Shown here piece after piece: positions 41,986 through 53,230 of a DNA stretch of 64,000 nt. The stretch's first letter is position 1; each line of letters opens with the position of its first letter. The notes under the pieces are model-generated. The model saw only the letters and a list, made by a program, of their open reading frames with translations, did no database searches and was not told the origin of the DNA. The stretch is from assembly GCA_963829055.1 (NCBI GenBank), contig CAWHHI010000006.1, positions 288,001 to 352,000 of the forward strand, read 5' to 3'. Both the position numbers and the translations under genes were made by a program. Origin of the DNA: an uncultured Gemmatimonadaceae bacterium (GTDB lineage Bacteria > Gemmatimonadota > Gemmatimonadetes > Gemmatimonadales > Gemmatimonadaceae).

Positions 41986-44645
41986 CTGCGAATCGCACGC
42001 CTCATCGCACTCCTTGTCGTAGCCGTCGGCGCCGGTTGTCGCGCGGGGAGCAGCGCACCGGCTGCCGCGCCGTCCGTCACCCAGCAGGCTGTCGCCACGT
42101 TCCCCGGCGACACCTGGCAACGCGTCGCAGACCCCACGCGTGCCGGCTGGAACAAGGCCGGGCTCGACTCCGTGCAGTCCCTGATCTCGCGCATGAACTC
42201 GAGCGCGATGGTGGTCGTCGAGCACGGCCGGATCGTCTACTCGTACGGCGATCTCACCGCGCAGAGCTACCTCGCATCCGTCCGGAAGAGCATCCTGTCG
42301 ATGCTCTATGGCATCGAGATCGCGCGGGGGCACATCGACACCTCCAAGACGCTCGCCACGCTCGGCATCGATGACCTCGGCGGGCTCCTTCCGCGCGAGA
42401 AGGAGGCGACGATCCAGGACTTGTTAGGCGCCCGCTCGGGCGTCTACCACATCGCGTCGTACGCCGGGGACTTCCTGGCCGAGGCGCCGCCGCGTGGATC
42501 GCAGAAGCATGGGACGTATCAGCTGTACTCCAACTGGGACTTCAACGCGCTCGGCACCATCTTCGAGCAGGAGACGAAACGGAATCTCTTCGACGCGCTC
42601 GAGCAGGAGATAGCGCGGCCGATCCAAATGCAGGACTTTCGGCGTGACCTGCAGAAGAAGGAAGGCGACTCGACGCGGTCGATTCACCCGGCGTACCCGA
42701 TCTTCCTGACGACGCGCGACATGGCCCGCATCGGGTTGCTGATGCTCCACAACGGCAACTGGAACGGAAAGCAGATCGTGCCGCGGGACTGGGTCGCCAA
42801 GTCCACCGGCATCATCACCCCAGCGGCGCAGCTCAACCCGTCGCGCATCAGGCGTGACCGCGTCGGGTACGGGTATCTCTGGTGGGTGTTCGACGGCCCG
42901 TGGAATACCGGGCCGTACGAGGGCGCGTACACCGGTATTGGCGCGATCGGGCAGTTCATCACGGTGATCCCGAAGCTCGACCTCGTCATCGCGCACAAGA
43001 CCATCCCGCGCGAGCCTGACAACCCGAGCGTGTCGCAGGGTGACTACTTCGCGCTGCTCGACCGCGTCATCGCCGCACGCACCGGCGCCATGCCGCAGCC
43101 GAAGCAGCCGGCGCTCGCTCCCTATGATCTGCTGATCACGAACGCCCGTATCATCGACGGGACGGGTACTCCAGCGGTTTCTGGTGACGTCGCGATCGTC
43201 GGGCCGCGCATCGTCCGGGTGTCGACGACACCGCTGCCCCGAGACTCCGCGCTGCGCGTGATCGACGCTCGTGGTCACGTGCTGTCGCCGGGCTTCATCG
43301 ACATGCACGCGCACCTCGAGCCGCTGTTGAACATGCCGGACGCCCAGAGCGCAGCGCGTCAGGGCGTGACGTTGGCGTTAGGCGGCCCCGACGGCGGTGG
43401 ACCGTGGCCATTTGGCGCCTATCTCGACTCGGCTGATCGCGCGGGACTCGGTATCAACGTCGCGTATCTCACCGGGCACAACACGATCCGACGCGAAGTG
43501 ATGGGCACCGCGAACCGCGCGCCGACGCAGGCCGAGCTCGCGCGCATGACGGGGATGGTCGGGCAGGCCATGCACGAGGGCGCGTTCGGCATCAGCACCG
43601 GACTACGCTACATCCCCGGCTTCTACTCGAAGATCGACGAGGTGATCGCGCTGTCGAAAGTCGCCGCCGACTCCGGCGGCATCTACACGTCGCATCTTCG
43701 CGAAGAAGGACTCGGCCTGTTCGAGGGCGTTGGCGAGGCGCTGGAGATCGGGCGGCAAGCGCACATCCCGATCGTGCTCACGCATCACAAGGCGATCGGC
43801 CAGCAAATGTGGGGCAAGAGCTACCGTCACGCTTCACATGGTGGACTCTGCACGTGCCGCTGGTACCGATGTGATGATCGACCAGTACCCGTACACCGCG
43901 AGCTCGACGAGTCTCGACGTGCTCGTTCCGCCCTGGGCGCTGGAAGGCGGGCGGACCGAGCTCGCGAAGAAACTTCAGAATCCGGTGCTGAAGGATACCA
44001 TAACGCGAGGCGTGATCGACTACCTCGCTGAACGACCGCGGCGGTGGCGACATCAAGCGCGTGCAGTTCGCGAACGTCGCGTGGGACCACACGCTCGACG
44101 GCAAGACGCTCTACGATTGGGCCGTTCGCAAGGGCATTGCGCCGACGCCGCAGAAAGCGGCGCCGCTCGTGCTCGAAGGTGTCGTGAACGGCGGTGCGTC
44201 GATGGTCTTTCACGTCATCGATGAGGGAGACGTCAGGCGCATCATGGCGCACCCGATGACGATGATCGGGAGCGACGGGCGGCTGTCGCGGCCTGGCGAC
44301 GGTGTCCCGCACCCCCGCAACTACGGCACGTTCCCGCGCGTGTTCGGCGAGTACGTCCGCGTGCAGCACGTGCTCACGCTCGAGCAGGCGGTGCACAAGA
44401 TGACCGGGATGTCGGCCAAGCGGCTTGGTCTGGCGAATCGTGGGTGCATCCGTGCTGGCTGTTTCGCGGACATCACCGTCTTCGATCCCGCCACGATCGC
44501 CGACAAGGGGACGTTCACCCAGCCGCACCAGTATCCGGTCGGCATCGACTGGGTTATCGTGAACGGCACGCCAGTGGTTGCGGAGGGCAAGTTCACGGAG
44601 GCGCGGCCAGGTCGCGTTCTGCGACATTCTCCCTCACGAAACTGA
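41986..44645 (+). CDS. Fusion: serine hydrolase (beta-lactamase fold) + N-acyl-D-amino-acid deacylase (frameshifts near 43820 and 44030)
   Basis: Lipobox GAGC, ASVRKS, YSN; then NARIIDGTG, PGFIDMHAH, SHLREEG, HHK, GSDG, HPRNYGTFPR. Confidence 0.85.
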
Positions 44646-44672
44646 ATCGGTATCGTCCAACGGAGGGAGCCG

Positions 44673-45464
44673 GTGGGGAGAATTCGTGCGTGTGTGGTGG
44701 CCGCAGCCATCGCGGCGGCGGCCACGCCGAGCGCCGCGCGTGCACAGGGGGACGAGATCCAGGTGTACGACGGCGGCCTGGCCCCGAAGGGGGTCTTCAA
44801 CCTCACCCTTCACAACAACTACACGCCTGACGGCATCAAGACCCCGTCGTTCCCGGGCGCGGTAGTCTCGCACAAATCCCTGAACGGCGTCCCCGAGTGG
44901 GCCTATGGGGTCAACCGCTGGTTCGAGCTTGGTTTGTATCTGCCGCTCTACAGCCACGACGCGGACATGGGCTGGGGGCTGAACGGGTTCAAGCTGCGCA
45001 CGCTGTTCGCCGTGCCTAACGCCGACGACCGCCGCTTCGTGTACGGCGCGAACTTCGAGTTCAGCTACAACACCGAGCGCTGGGATACCAGCCGGTTCAC
45101 ATCGGAGATCCGGCCGATCATCGGCTGGCACCTGCGTCCGGTGGACGTGATCTTCAATCCGATCTTCGATACGTCGTACGATGGGCTGAACAACCTCGAG
45201 TTCGTGCCGTCCACGCGCATCGCCTACAACACTGCGTCTTCGTGGGCTTTCGCCATCGAAGAGTATTCAGACTACGGATCGCTCGACGACGTTGCGCCGG
45301 CGGCCGAGCAAGGGCACCAGCTGTTTGCTGTGGTCGATCACTCGAGCCCGTCGCTCGACGTGGAATTCGGCGTCGGCTACGGGCTCACCAGCGCGAGCGA
45401 CCGGTTCACACTGAAGCTGATTCTGGCCCACGACTTCAACAAACCGCGGTCGAAGAGGGCATGA
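44673..45464 (+). CDS. Secreted probable outer-membrane beta-barrel protein
   Basis: Signal peptide, DEIQVY, alternating aromatic beta-strands, EFGVGYGLT. Confidence 0.6.
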   Translation: MGRIRACVVAAAIAAAATPSAARAQGDEIQVYDGGLAPKGVFNLTLHNNYTPDGIKTPSFPGAVVSHKSLNGVPEWAYGVNRWFELGLYLPLYSHDADMGWGLNGFKLRTLFAVPNADDRRFVYGANFEFSYNTERWDTSRFTSEIRPIIGWHLRPVDVIFNPIFDTSYDGLNNLEFVPSTRIAYNTASSWAFAIEEYSDYGSLDDVAPAAEQGHQLFAVVDHSSPSLDVEFGVGYGLTSASDRFTLKLILAHDFNKPRSKRA

Positions 45465-45516
45465 AGACGGGCACCGCAGGGCCACGATAGACTACGTCCC
45501 GCCAAGGAGGCGTTAG

Positions 45517-46869
45517 GTGCAGGATCTCACCACAGGGCCGGTCACGCGTCATCTCCTCAAGACCGCGAGCTTCATGCTCGTGACGATGGTCTTTCAGACG
45601 CTGTACTTCCTGATCGATCTCTATTGGGTGGGGCGTCTGGGCACGCAGGCCGTCGCGGCTGTCGGCGTCGCCGGCAACCTGAGCTTCATGGTGCTCGCGC
45701 TCACGCAGATGCTGGGCGTCGGCACCACGACCGTCGTGTCACACGCGGCCGGCCGGAAGGATCACCCGCAGGCGCTGTTGATGTTCAATCAGTCGCAGGT
45801 GCTGGCGATGGTGACGGGCGTGCTCTTTCTCGTCGTGGGGATGGCCGTCCGCGTGCGATACGCTTCGGCACTGAGCGCGGATGCGGGAACAGCGGCCATG
45901 GCCGCCGACTATCTGCTCTGGTTCATTCCCGCGATGGCCCTTCAGTTCGCGTTGGTCGCGATGGGGTCCGCGCTGCGCGGCGTCGGCAACTTCAAGCCCG
46001 GCATGATCGTGTCGACGGCGACGATCATCATCAACATGATCCTCGCGCCGTTCCTCATCTTCGGGTGGGGGACGGGGCATGCCTTCGGCGTCGCCGGCGC
46101 CGCGATGTCGTCGCTCATCGCGATCGTCGTCGGCATCGTGTGGTTCACGAAGTATTTCGTTGAACCCGGTGCCTACCTGCGGTTCATGACCGCTGACTGG
46201 CCACCGCGATTCGACCTGTGGCGGAAGATGCTCGGGATCGGTCTCCCCGCCGGCTTCGAGTTCGCGCTCATGGCGCTGTACATGGTCATCGTGTACTCGA
46301 TCGCGCGTCCGTTCGGCGCGGCGGCGCAAGCGGGCTTCGGCATCGGCATGCGCATCGTGCAGTCCGGGTTTCTTCCTATCGTCGCCCTCGGTTTCTCGGT
46401 TGCGCCCGTCGCGGGACAGAACTTCGGTGCGGGAATGGCGCAGCGCGTGAAGGACACGTTCCGGGATGCAGCCGTCATGGCTATGGGAGCGTCGATCCTG
46501 TTCGCGATCATCTGCAACATCGCGCCGGCGGCGCTCGTGGGAATCTTCTCGACCGATCCAGAGGTCATCGCCCGCGGCGAGGATTACCTCCGGATCATCT
46601 CGTGGAACTTCGTCGCCTCCGGACTGATCTTCGTGTCGTCGAGCATGTTCCAGGCGATGGGCAACACGATTCCTTCGCTGATCAGCTCGGGCGTGCGACT
46701 CGCGATCGTCGCGATTCCGGCCGTGCTGCTGTCGAGAATGCCGGGATTCGAAATGCGCTGGATCTGGTATCTGTCGGTTGGCGCCGTGTTCATTCAGCTG
46801 GCGCTGAGCTTGTTGCTGCTCCGTCGCGAATTCGATCGGCGGCTGCAATTCGTTGCTGTTCCCGCCTAA
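45517..46869 (+). CDS. MATE family efflux transporter
   Basis: DLTTGPV, DLYWVGRLG, RGVGN, GVAGAA, GQNFGA; about 12 TM. Confidence 0.92.
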   Translation: MQDLTTGPVTRHLLKTASFMLVTMVFQTLYFLIDLYWVGRLGTQAVAAVGVAGNLSFMVLALTQMLGVGTTTVVSHAAGRKDHPQALLMFNQSQVLAMVTGVLFLVVGMAVRVRYASALSADAGTAAMAADYLLWFIPAMALQFALVAMGSALRGVGNFKPGMIVSTATIIINMILAPFLIFGWGTGHAFGVAGAAMSSLIAIVVGIVWFTKYFVEPGAYLRFMTADWPPRFDLWRKMLGIGLPAGFEFALMALYMVIVYSIARPFGAAAQAGFGIGMRIVQSGFLPIVALGFSVAPVAGQNFGAGMAQRVKDTFRDAAVMAMGASILFAIICNIAPAALVGIFSTDPEVIARGEDYLRIISWNFVASGLIFVSSSMFQAMGNTIPSLISSGVRLAIVAIPAVLLSRMPGFEMRWIWYLSVGAVFIQLALSLLLLRREFDRRLQFVAVPA

Positions 46870-46889
46870 CGTCGCTTCGGTTGCCATCC

Positions 46890-47300
46890 ATGGCGCCCGC
46901 TCCCGAGCCCATCGACAGCGAGGAACGCGACCTGGGCCTCGACGTGCCGATCACCCGTCGCGACTTCCTCAATTCAACGCTGCTCGCGAGCGGAGCCCTG
47001 CTGCTCGACGCGAAGGCGCCCCTGTTGGCTCAGGCGCCGAGCGCGAGCAACGCTGCGTGGGAGGGCTTTGGCGGTGTGGGCGACTACGCCCGGTCGCACG
47101 GCAACATGTGGGCGACCGTGAGCACCGCGCACGACCTGCGCGACGGTAAGCTCGGGGACGATGCCGCACGTCGGCGGGCCGTGGACACCGGCGAGCGCTA
47201 CGATCTCATCGTCGTCGGCGGCGGACTCTCGGGACTCGGCGCGGCCGCCTTCTTTCAGAAGCTCAAGGGCGGCGAGTGCTGGTGCTCGATCACGGGCAAC
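46890..47300 (+). pseudogene. Truncated Tat-exported FAD oxidoreductase (spermidine dehydrogenase-like N-terminus)
   Basis: ITRRDFLNSTLLASG Tat motif and DTGERYDLIVVGGGLSGLGAA Rossmann motif; family similarity ends just before the REP element. Confidence 0.7.
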
Positions 47301-47321
47301 GGGGCAATTGTTAGGCGGCTA

Positions 47322-47472
47322 GTCATGCCGAGCGGGGTTGTCATTCCGAGCGAGCGCAGCGAGTCGAGGAATCGAGACTGGGTGGATAGAGGGCTCTCTA
47401 CCCGGACGATCGCGATTCCTCGACTCCGGGCCTTCGGCCCTCCGCTCGGAATGACAACTCGCTCGGCATGAC
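47322..47472. repeat. REP-like palindromic element, family A (both ends duplicated)
   Basis: GTCATGCCGAGCG-GTCATTCCGAGCG...GAGGAATCG...CGATTCCTCG...CGCTCGGAATGAC-CGCTCGGCATGAC. Confidence 0.85.
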
Positions 47473-47537
47473 AACCGAGAAACCGGCCGCTGAACCGGCT
47501 CGTAGGCGAGTTACACCCCACCGAACCCCGCCCGATC

Positions 47538-50019
47538 ATGACCATCTCGGCCATCGCCCGACCCGCCTGGAGATCGCTGCGCCGCAGCCCCGCCTTCACC
47601 ATCACCGCGTCGCTGACACTCGTCATCGGCATCGGCGCGGCGGTCGCGATCTTCGCCCTCGTGAACGGGGTGCTGCTGCGCCCGCTTCCGTATGGAAACC
47701 CCGATCGACTGGTCGCGATGTACCACGACCTGAGCATCGCGGCGCTCCCCAAGGGCAACCAGACCGCGGGCACGTACTTCACGTACAAGCGGCTGGCGAG
47801 AACCGCCGAGAGCATGGGACTGTACCAGAGCGGCGCCGTCAACGTGTCCGACCCGCGCGGCGGCGCCGAGCCGCAGCGCATCGGCTCGACGTGGATGACG
47901 GCCAGCGTCCTCTCGGTGCTCCAGGTATCGCCGCTCGTGGGACGCAACTTCACCGATGCGGAAGACCTGCCGAAAGGGCCTAACGTCATCCTCATCAGCG
48001 AAGGACTCTGGCGATCGCGCTTCGGCGCCGACCCGCGCATCCTCGGCCGCACCCTCGAGGTGAATGGGAAGAGTCACGAGATCATTGGCGTGATGCCCCA
48101 GCGCTTCCGATTCCCCATGACGGACACGCAACTCTGGCTGCCGCTGCAGCTCGACCCGAATACGCCGTTCCCTGGCGGCTTCAACTATGACGGCATCGCG
48201 CGGCTCAAGCCCGGCATCTCGCCCGTGGACGCGCGGCGTGACTTCGCTTCGGTGCTGCCGCGGATGGTCGAGATGTTTCCGAATATCGCGCCCGGCGTCT
48301 CGACGAAGATGCTGCTCGATCAGGCGAAGCCCGTCCCGTTACTCGTTCCGCTCAAGGACGATGTGACTGGGGGCATCGCGAAGACGCTGTGGATCGTCGC
48401 TGCTGCTGCGGTGCTCGTGCTGCTCGTCGCCTGCGCGAACGTGACGAACCTCATCCTCGTCCGCGCCGATGGTCGCCAGCGAGAGCTCGCGGTTCGCGAA
48501 GCACTCGGCGCCGGACGCGGTCGGGTGCTCGCGTACTTCCTGGCCGAATCGCTCGTGGTCACCGCTGTTTCCGGCGTGGTCGGATTGCTGCTCGCGGCGG
48601 TCGCCATACGTGTCCTCGTGAATGCGGGACCGACCGCCATCCCGAGGCTGAGCGAGGTGCACGTCGATCCCGCGACCGTCGGCTTTGCGCTCGCGGTCGT
48701 CGTCGTGGTCGCATTCGTGTGCAGCATCGCGCCGGGCCTGCGGATCGGCAGCGTCGATCTCTCGAACGCGCTGCGAGAGGGCGGACGCGGCGGCACGGCA
48801 GGGCGTGCGCGTCAGCGGCTGCGCAGCACGCTCGTCGCCGCGCAGATTGCGCTCGCACTCGTCGCGCTCGCGAGCTCGGGATTACTGCTGCGCACGTTCC
48901 AGCGACTCAACGCCGTGCGGCCCGGCTTCGACGCGGAGCGGCTCGCGACATTCTGGCTGTCGCTACCCGAGACGCGCTATCCGAGCGATACGTCCGTCGT
49001 CCGCTTCTACACGCAGGTGCTGGAGCGCGTGCGCGCACTGCCGGGCGTCGTGGAGGCCAGCGTCACGTCGCGCCTGCCACTCGTGAATAACAACGGCATG
49101 AGCCAGGATCCCCTGTACCCGGAGGGTGATGCCACATACACCTCGAAGATTCCGCCGCTGCAATTGTACACGACGACGGACGGCAGCTACTTCCGCACGA
49201 TGGGCATTCCGCTGATCGCGGGGAAAACGTTCGACCGGCTCGAGACCCAGCGGTCTGACGAGGCGATCATCAGCCGCGCGGCGGCCATCCAGTTCTGGCA
49301 TGACTCGACCGGCCAGCAGGCGCTCGGCAAGCGGTTCCGGGAGCTGCCTAACACGCCGTGGTTCACCGTGATCGGAGTCGTCGGTGACACACGTGACACG
49401 CTCGCTCGCGTCGCCGCCGTCGCAGGTCGTCTACCGGCCGCAGACGGTGTCGGCGGACCAGTTGATGGGCCAGACGCGCTGGACGATGGCGCTCGCCGTC
49501 CGTACCGCTGGTGAGCCGACGTCGATCATGTCGGCCGTGCAGCGCAGCGTCCGCGATCTCGATCCAGGTTTGCCACTCTATGACGTGCGCTCGATGAGCG
49601 CTGTCGCAGCGGCATCGATGGCGCAGCTGTCGTTCACGATCATCGTGCTCGGCGCCGCGGCGCTGGTGACGCTCGTTCTCGGTGCGGTCGGTCTGTATGG
49701 CGTCATGGCGTACGTGGTTGCGCTGCGCACGCGTGAGCTGGCGGTCCGTATCGCGTTAGGTGCGACGCCGCAGGCCATCGTGCGCATGCTCACGACGCAA
49801 GGCGTGATCGTCACGGGGTTCGGCGTGGTGGGTGGGCTCGTGCTGTTCGCGCTCATCGCGCGGACACTGAGGTCGCTGCTGTTCGGCGTCGCGTCGACCG
49901 ATCCGCTCACGCTCGCGAGCGCGTCGCTGCTGCTCATTGCCATAGCCGCGCTCGCGAGCTGGTTGCCGGCGCGTCGCACGTCACGCGTGGATCCGGCGGA
50001 CGTCTTGCGCGCCGAGTAG
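47538..50019 (+). CDS. ADOP-family duplicated ABC permease (frameshift near 49405)
   Basis: RSLRRSPAF, LLRPLPY, LLVACANV, RQRELAVREALGA, RTRELAVRIALGA, PARRTSRVDP. Confidence 0.9.
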
Positions 50020-50026
50020 ACGGGAG

Positions 50027-50411
50027 TTGGGGTGCACGATCTGGAGTCTGACCCTAGTCTGACCCCAATTGTGCTCTCGGCAAGCATCTCAGACGAAAGG
50101 GGCGACCGGATGCTGCGGATCGAGCGGATTGATTCCCTGCGACAGACGGATGCTGTCGCAACCGCCGCCGCCCAGCCGTTGCCATCCTGCCAATCCTGCC
50201 AATCCTGTCTGCTTTTGCTTTTCCAATTGGAGCTCTGCCCTCCTTCGATCCAGACTGTTAGGCTGGATGGCTGCTGAAGCAGTCCCTCTGCGTCCCTTGG
50301 CGTCCTCGGCGGTGAACTGCTGTTCCTCGATGCGTTCGAAGGATGCAATTGGGGTCAGACTCGAGTCTGACCCCAATTTGCGCGAGTCAGACTCGAGTCT
50401 GACCCCAATTG
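50027..50411. repeat. Mosaic of REP-like repeats including family B palindromes
   Basis: Perfect 32-bp AATTGGGGTCAGACTCGAGTCTGACCCCAATT at 50347-50378, partial copies near 50027-50070 and 50386-50410, plus ATCCTGCCA tandem units. Confidence 0.8.
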
Positions 50412-50480
50412 CGGTGAGTGTAGAGAAAACGAGGTCGGCTCCGACTTTCTATGCATAGACCGACAACGGAGAACGATGAC

Positions 50481-52016
50481 ATGACGAATACGACGACCTC
50501 GTCCGGTCCGCCAACTGGAACCGGCGCACGTGGACCGCTTGTGGTCTCGAAGACCAACCCGCGGTATTTCGCTATCCGATCCGCCGGCGACGACGAGCAA
50601 CTCGTTTATCTCACCGGCTCGCACATCTGGAACAACTTCCACGACGGACTCGGGCCAGGCGGAAAGTGCGCGGGCAAGCCCGAAGTGAACGACTACGACG
50701 CGTACCTGAAATTCCTCCAGGCGCACGGCCACAACTTCATCCGCCTCTGGCGGTGGGAGCAGTTCAGGTCGCAGGCCGCCGGTGGCAACTTCCACCTCTG
50801 CATGACGCCGCAGCCGTGGCCACGCACGGGCGCCGGTACGGCGAAGGACGGAAAGCCCAGGTTCGATCTGTCGACATTCGACCCCGCGTACTTCGATCGG
50901 CTTCGCGATCGTGTGATCGCCGCCCGGGATGCGGGTATCTACGTCGGCGTGATGTTCTTCGACGGATGGGGCCTTCATCTGAGCCCGCCACCGGACAACG
51001 TGGAGGGCCATCCCTTTCATGCCGCGAACAACGTCAACGGGATCGCGGTGAAGTCGATCCTCGATCACCAGGTGCTTCCGTTGGACCCACGTGTCCAGGC
51101 GATCCAGGAAGCGTACATCCGCAAGGTCATCGACACCGTGCACGACATGCCTAACGTGCTCTACGAGGTGTCCAACGAGTCGTCCGGCGGCGGGAAGGTC
51201 GACCAGACCTTCCTCGGGTTCCTGGGATTCAAGGAGCCGCAGGAGTGGGGCGATTCCACCGAGTGGCAGTACTGGGTGATCGACGTCGTCAAGCGGTACG
51301 AGCGCGAGCGCGGCTACGACTCGCACCCGATCGGCATGACGATGCAGTTCCCGGTCACCGATCAGACGAAGGTGAACGATCCGCTGTTCGCGAGTCAGGC
51401 AGACTGGATCTCGCCAGGGTACGACGACGAGATCTTCAGGAACGGGCTCCATCCCATGGCGCCGAACAGCCCGCCGTCGCGCTGGTTCGACGACCCGCCG
51501 CCCGCCACCGGGGCGAAGGTCGTGATCACGGATACGGATCACTACGCGCCCGGCAAGGGCGACGCGCTGTGGGCGTGGAAGTCGTTCGTGCGCGGCCACC
51601 ATCCGATCCTCATGGACTTCGGGATCATCGATGTCGTGAAGCCGCTCGACCCGTCGTTAGGCGTCCCGCCATCTGACTTCTACGAGCCGGCACGGAACGC
51701 CATGGGCGACACCCGCCGCTACGCGGACCGCATGACGCTCGCGAACGCCGTGCCACGAGGCGATCTCACATCCACCGGGTTCGCGCTGGCAAACCCTGGA
51801 ACGGAGTATCTCGTCCTGCAGCCAGCCGATTCTGCCGCCCCGTTCACCGTTACGCTGACGGCCGGCACGTACGATGTGGAATGGTTCAGCGTCAACGATC
51901 GCCAAACCGCACGAGCCGATGCGACGAAGGCCGAGCGCGATGGAGGCGTGAGCTTTCGCCCGCCTTTCGCCGCGCCCGGGCCATGTGCGTTGTACCTGAA
52001 ACGCGTTGGTACCTGA
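50481..52016 (+). CDS. DUF6298-like glycoside hydrolase-fold protein with C-terminal collagen-binding-like domain
   Basis: YLTGSHIW, HNFIRLW, FDPAYFDRL, NVLYEVSNE, DTDH, YDVEWF. Confidence 0.7.
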   Translation: MTNTTTSSGPPTGTGARGPLVVSKTNPRYFAIRSAGDDEQLVYLTGSHIWNNFHDGLGPGGKCAGKPEVNDYDAYLKFLQAHGHNFIRLWRWEQFRSQAAGGNFHLCMTPQPWPRTGAGTAKDGKPRFDLSTFDPAYFDRLRDRVIAARDAGIYVGVMFFDGWGLHLSPPPDNVEGHPFHAANNVNGIAVKSILDHQVLPLDPRVQAIQEAYIRKVIDTVHDMPNVLYEVSNESSGGGKVDQTFLGFLGFKEPQEWGDSTEWQYWVIDVVKRYERERGYDSHPIGMTMQFPVTDQTKVNDPLFASQADWISPGYDDEIFRNGLHPMAPNSPPSRWFDDPPPATGAKVVITDTDHYAPGKGDALWAWKSFVRGHHPILMDFGIIDVVKPLDPSLGVPPSDFYEPARNAMGDTRRYADRMTLANAVPRGDLTSTGFALANPGTEYLVLQPADSAAPFTVTLTAGTYDVEWFSVNDRQTARADATKAERDGGVSFRPPFAAPGPCALYLKRVGT

Positions 52017-52050
52017 GTCGCGCACCTAACGCCAGTCGTGGCGGGCGCGG

Positions 52051-52392
52051 CTAACGCGCGTCCCTCGCGCGACGTGCGCGCTTGCCGCGAGCGACTTCGG
52101 TGGCCAGCGCGTCGAGCCGCTGACTCCAGAGCCGGCGGAACCGGCCCAGCCATGCGTCGATCTCCCCGAGCGGTAGATCGCTCACGTCGTACATGCGGCG
52201 CGGGCCGTCGACTCGGACCGTCGCGAAGCCGCTCTCGCGAAGGACGCGCAGGTGCTGCGAGATCGCGGGCTGCGAGATGTCGAACTCCCGCTGCACCACC
52301 TCGGCGATCTCGCCCGAGCTGCGCGTCCCCTCGGCCAGGAGCTCGAGGATGCGGCGCCTAACGGGATTGCCGAGGACGTCGAAGGCTTGCAT
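52051..52392 (-). CDS. ArsR/SmtB family transcriptional regulator
   Basis: FDVLGNPVRRRILELL, ISQPAISQHLRVLRESG, W..RLDAL. Confidence 0.9.
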   Translation of the reverse strand: MQAFDVLGNPVRRRILELLAEGTRSSGEIAEVVQREFDISQPAISQHLRVLRESGFATVRVDGPRRMYDVSDLPLGEIDAWLGRFRRLWSQRLDALATEVARGKRARRARDAR

Positions 52393-52402
52393 CACCGTTT
52401 CA

Positions 52403-53068
52403 TCAGGCGGGCGCGTCCTGTCCGGCTGTTCGAGTCGGCTCACCGGTGTACGCGGCGATCGTGCGCGAGGCAGCCGCCTCCGCTGCGGCCGCATCGGCGC
52501 CAGACGCCACCGACGCTCGACACCAGTCGTCGCTGCTCTGCCGCGCGAATGCCTTGCCGTTCTCGGATCCGAGCCAGGCCGCTGCTTCCTGCGGATCGAC
52601 GGCGGCGCCGGTAGCCATGTGGATCTCGAGGCCAACGAGCGCCATGTCCCAGCCCACGCCGACGGCGCCCGGACCGTATTGATCCCACGTCGCGTCAGGC
52701 ACTGGCATCACGTGCTGCAGCTCGAGGTGCGCGCGACCGTTTGCTGTAGGCGCGAGCCTAACGTCGACCCACGACACCTGGCCGCCGAACTCCCACGTTA
52801 CCGCAAGGTGCCGAGGCGGCTCGCACCGCGTGATGGTGCCGCCAGCGTTTCCCTGGAGCTGATAGCGGCCGCCGAGGCGCAGGTCACCCGAGACGGGGAG
52901 GAACCAGCGGGGGATTCGCTCCTTGCTGGTGAGCGCGTCCCAGAGGTCATCGACGGTCGTGTCGTACTCTCGGCTGGCGATGACGGCGTGTGCGGGCTGG
53001 CCGTCGTGTGTTCGACTTTCTACCGTGCGCGAGACCGCGCCGATATGGTGGGCGATGTCGATCTTCAT
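52403..53068 (-). CDS. SRPBCC/AHSA1-like domain protein
   Basis: DLWDALTSKERIPRWF, CEPPRHLAVTW, LELQH, GVGWD. Confidence 0.9.
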   Translation of the reverse strand: MKIDIAHHIGAVSRTVESRTHDGQPAHAVIASREYDTTVDDLWDALTSKERIPRWFLPVSGDLRLGGRYQLQGNAGGTITRCEPPRHLAVTWEFGGQVSWVDVRLAPTANGRAHLELQHVMPVPDATWDQYGPGAVGVGWDMALVGLEIHMATGAAVDPQEAAAWLGSENGKAFARQSSDDWCRASVASGADAAAAEAAASRTIAAYTGEPTRTAGQDAPA

Positions 53069-53105
53069 GGCGAGAGGCTTCTCCGGTGTGAGCGGACCTC
53101 GCGCA

Positions 53106-53130
53106 TTATATAACAGACGCCTTATATAAG
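53106..53130. promoter_or_regulatory. Candidate ArsR operator/promoter
   Basis: TTATATAA (53106-53113) and CTTATATAAG (53121-53130) palindromes upstream of the SRPBCC-arsR operon. Confidence 0.55.
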
Positions 53131-53230
53131 TAAAGCCTTATGGAGTTCCGGTGAGACCCGGGACAGAAGGAAAACGGCCGCGAGACTCTCCAGAGTCCGC
53201 GGCCGTTCCTCACTTGACGCACCGCCGCGG

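Noticed and set aside
50027..50411. Possible CRISPR array
   Set aside because: Palindromes are irregularly spaced, partial and lack uniform spacers; no cas genes in the window.
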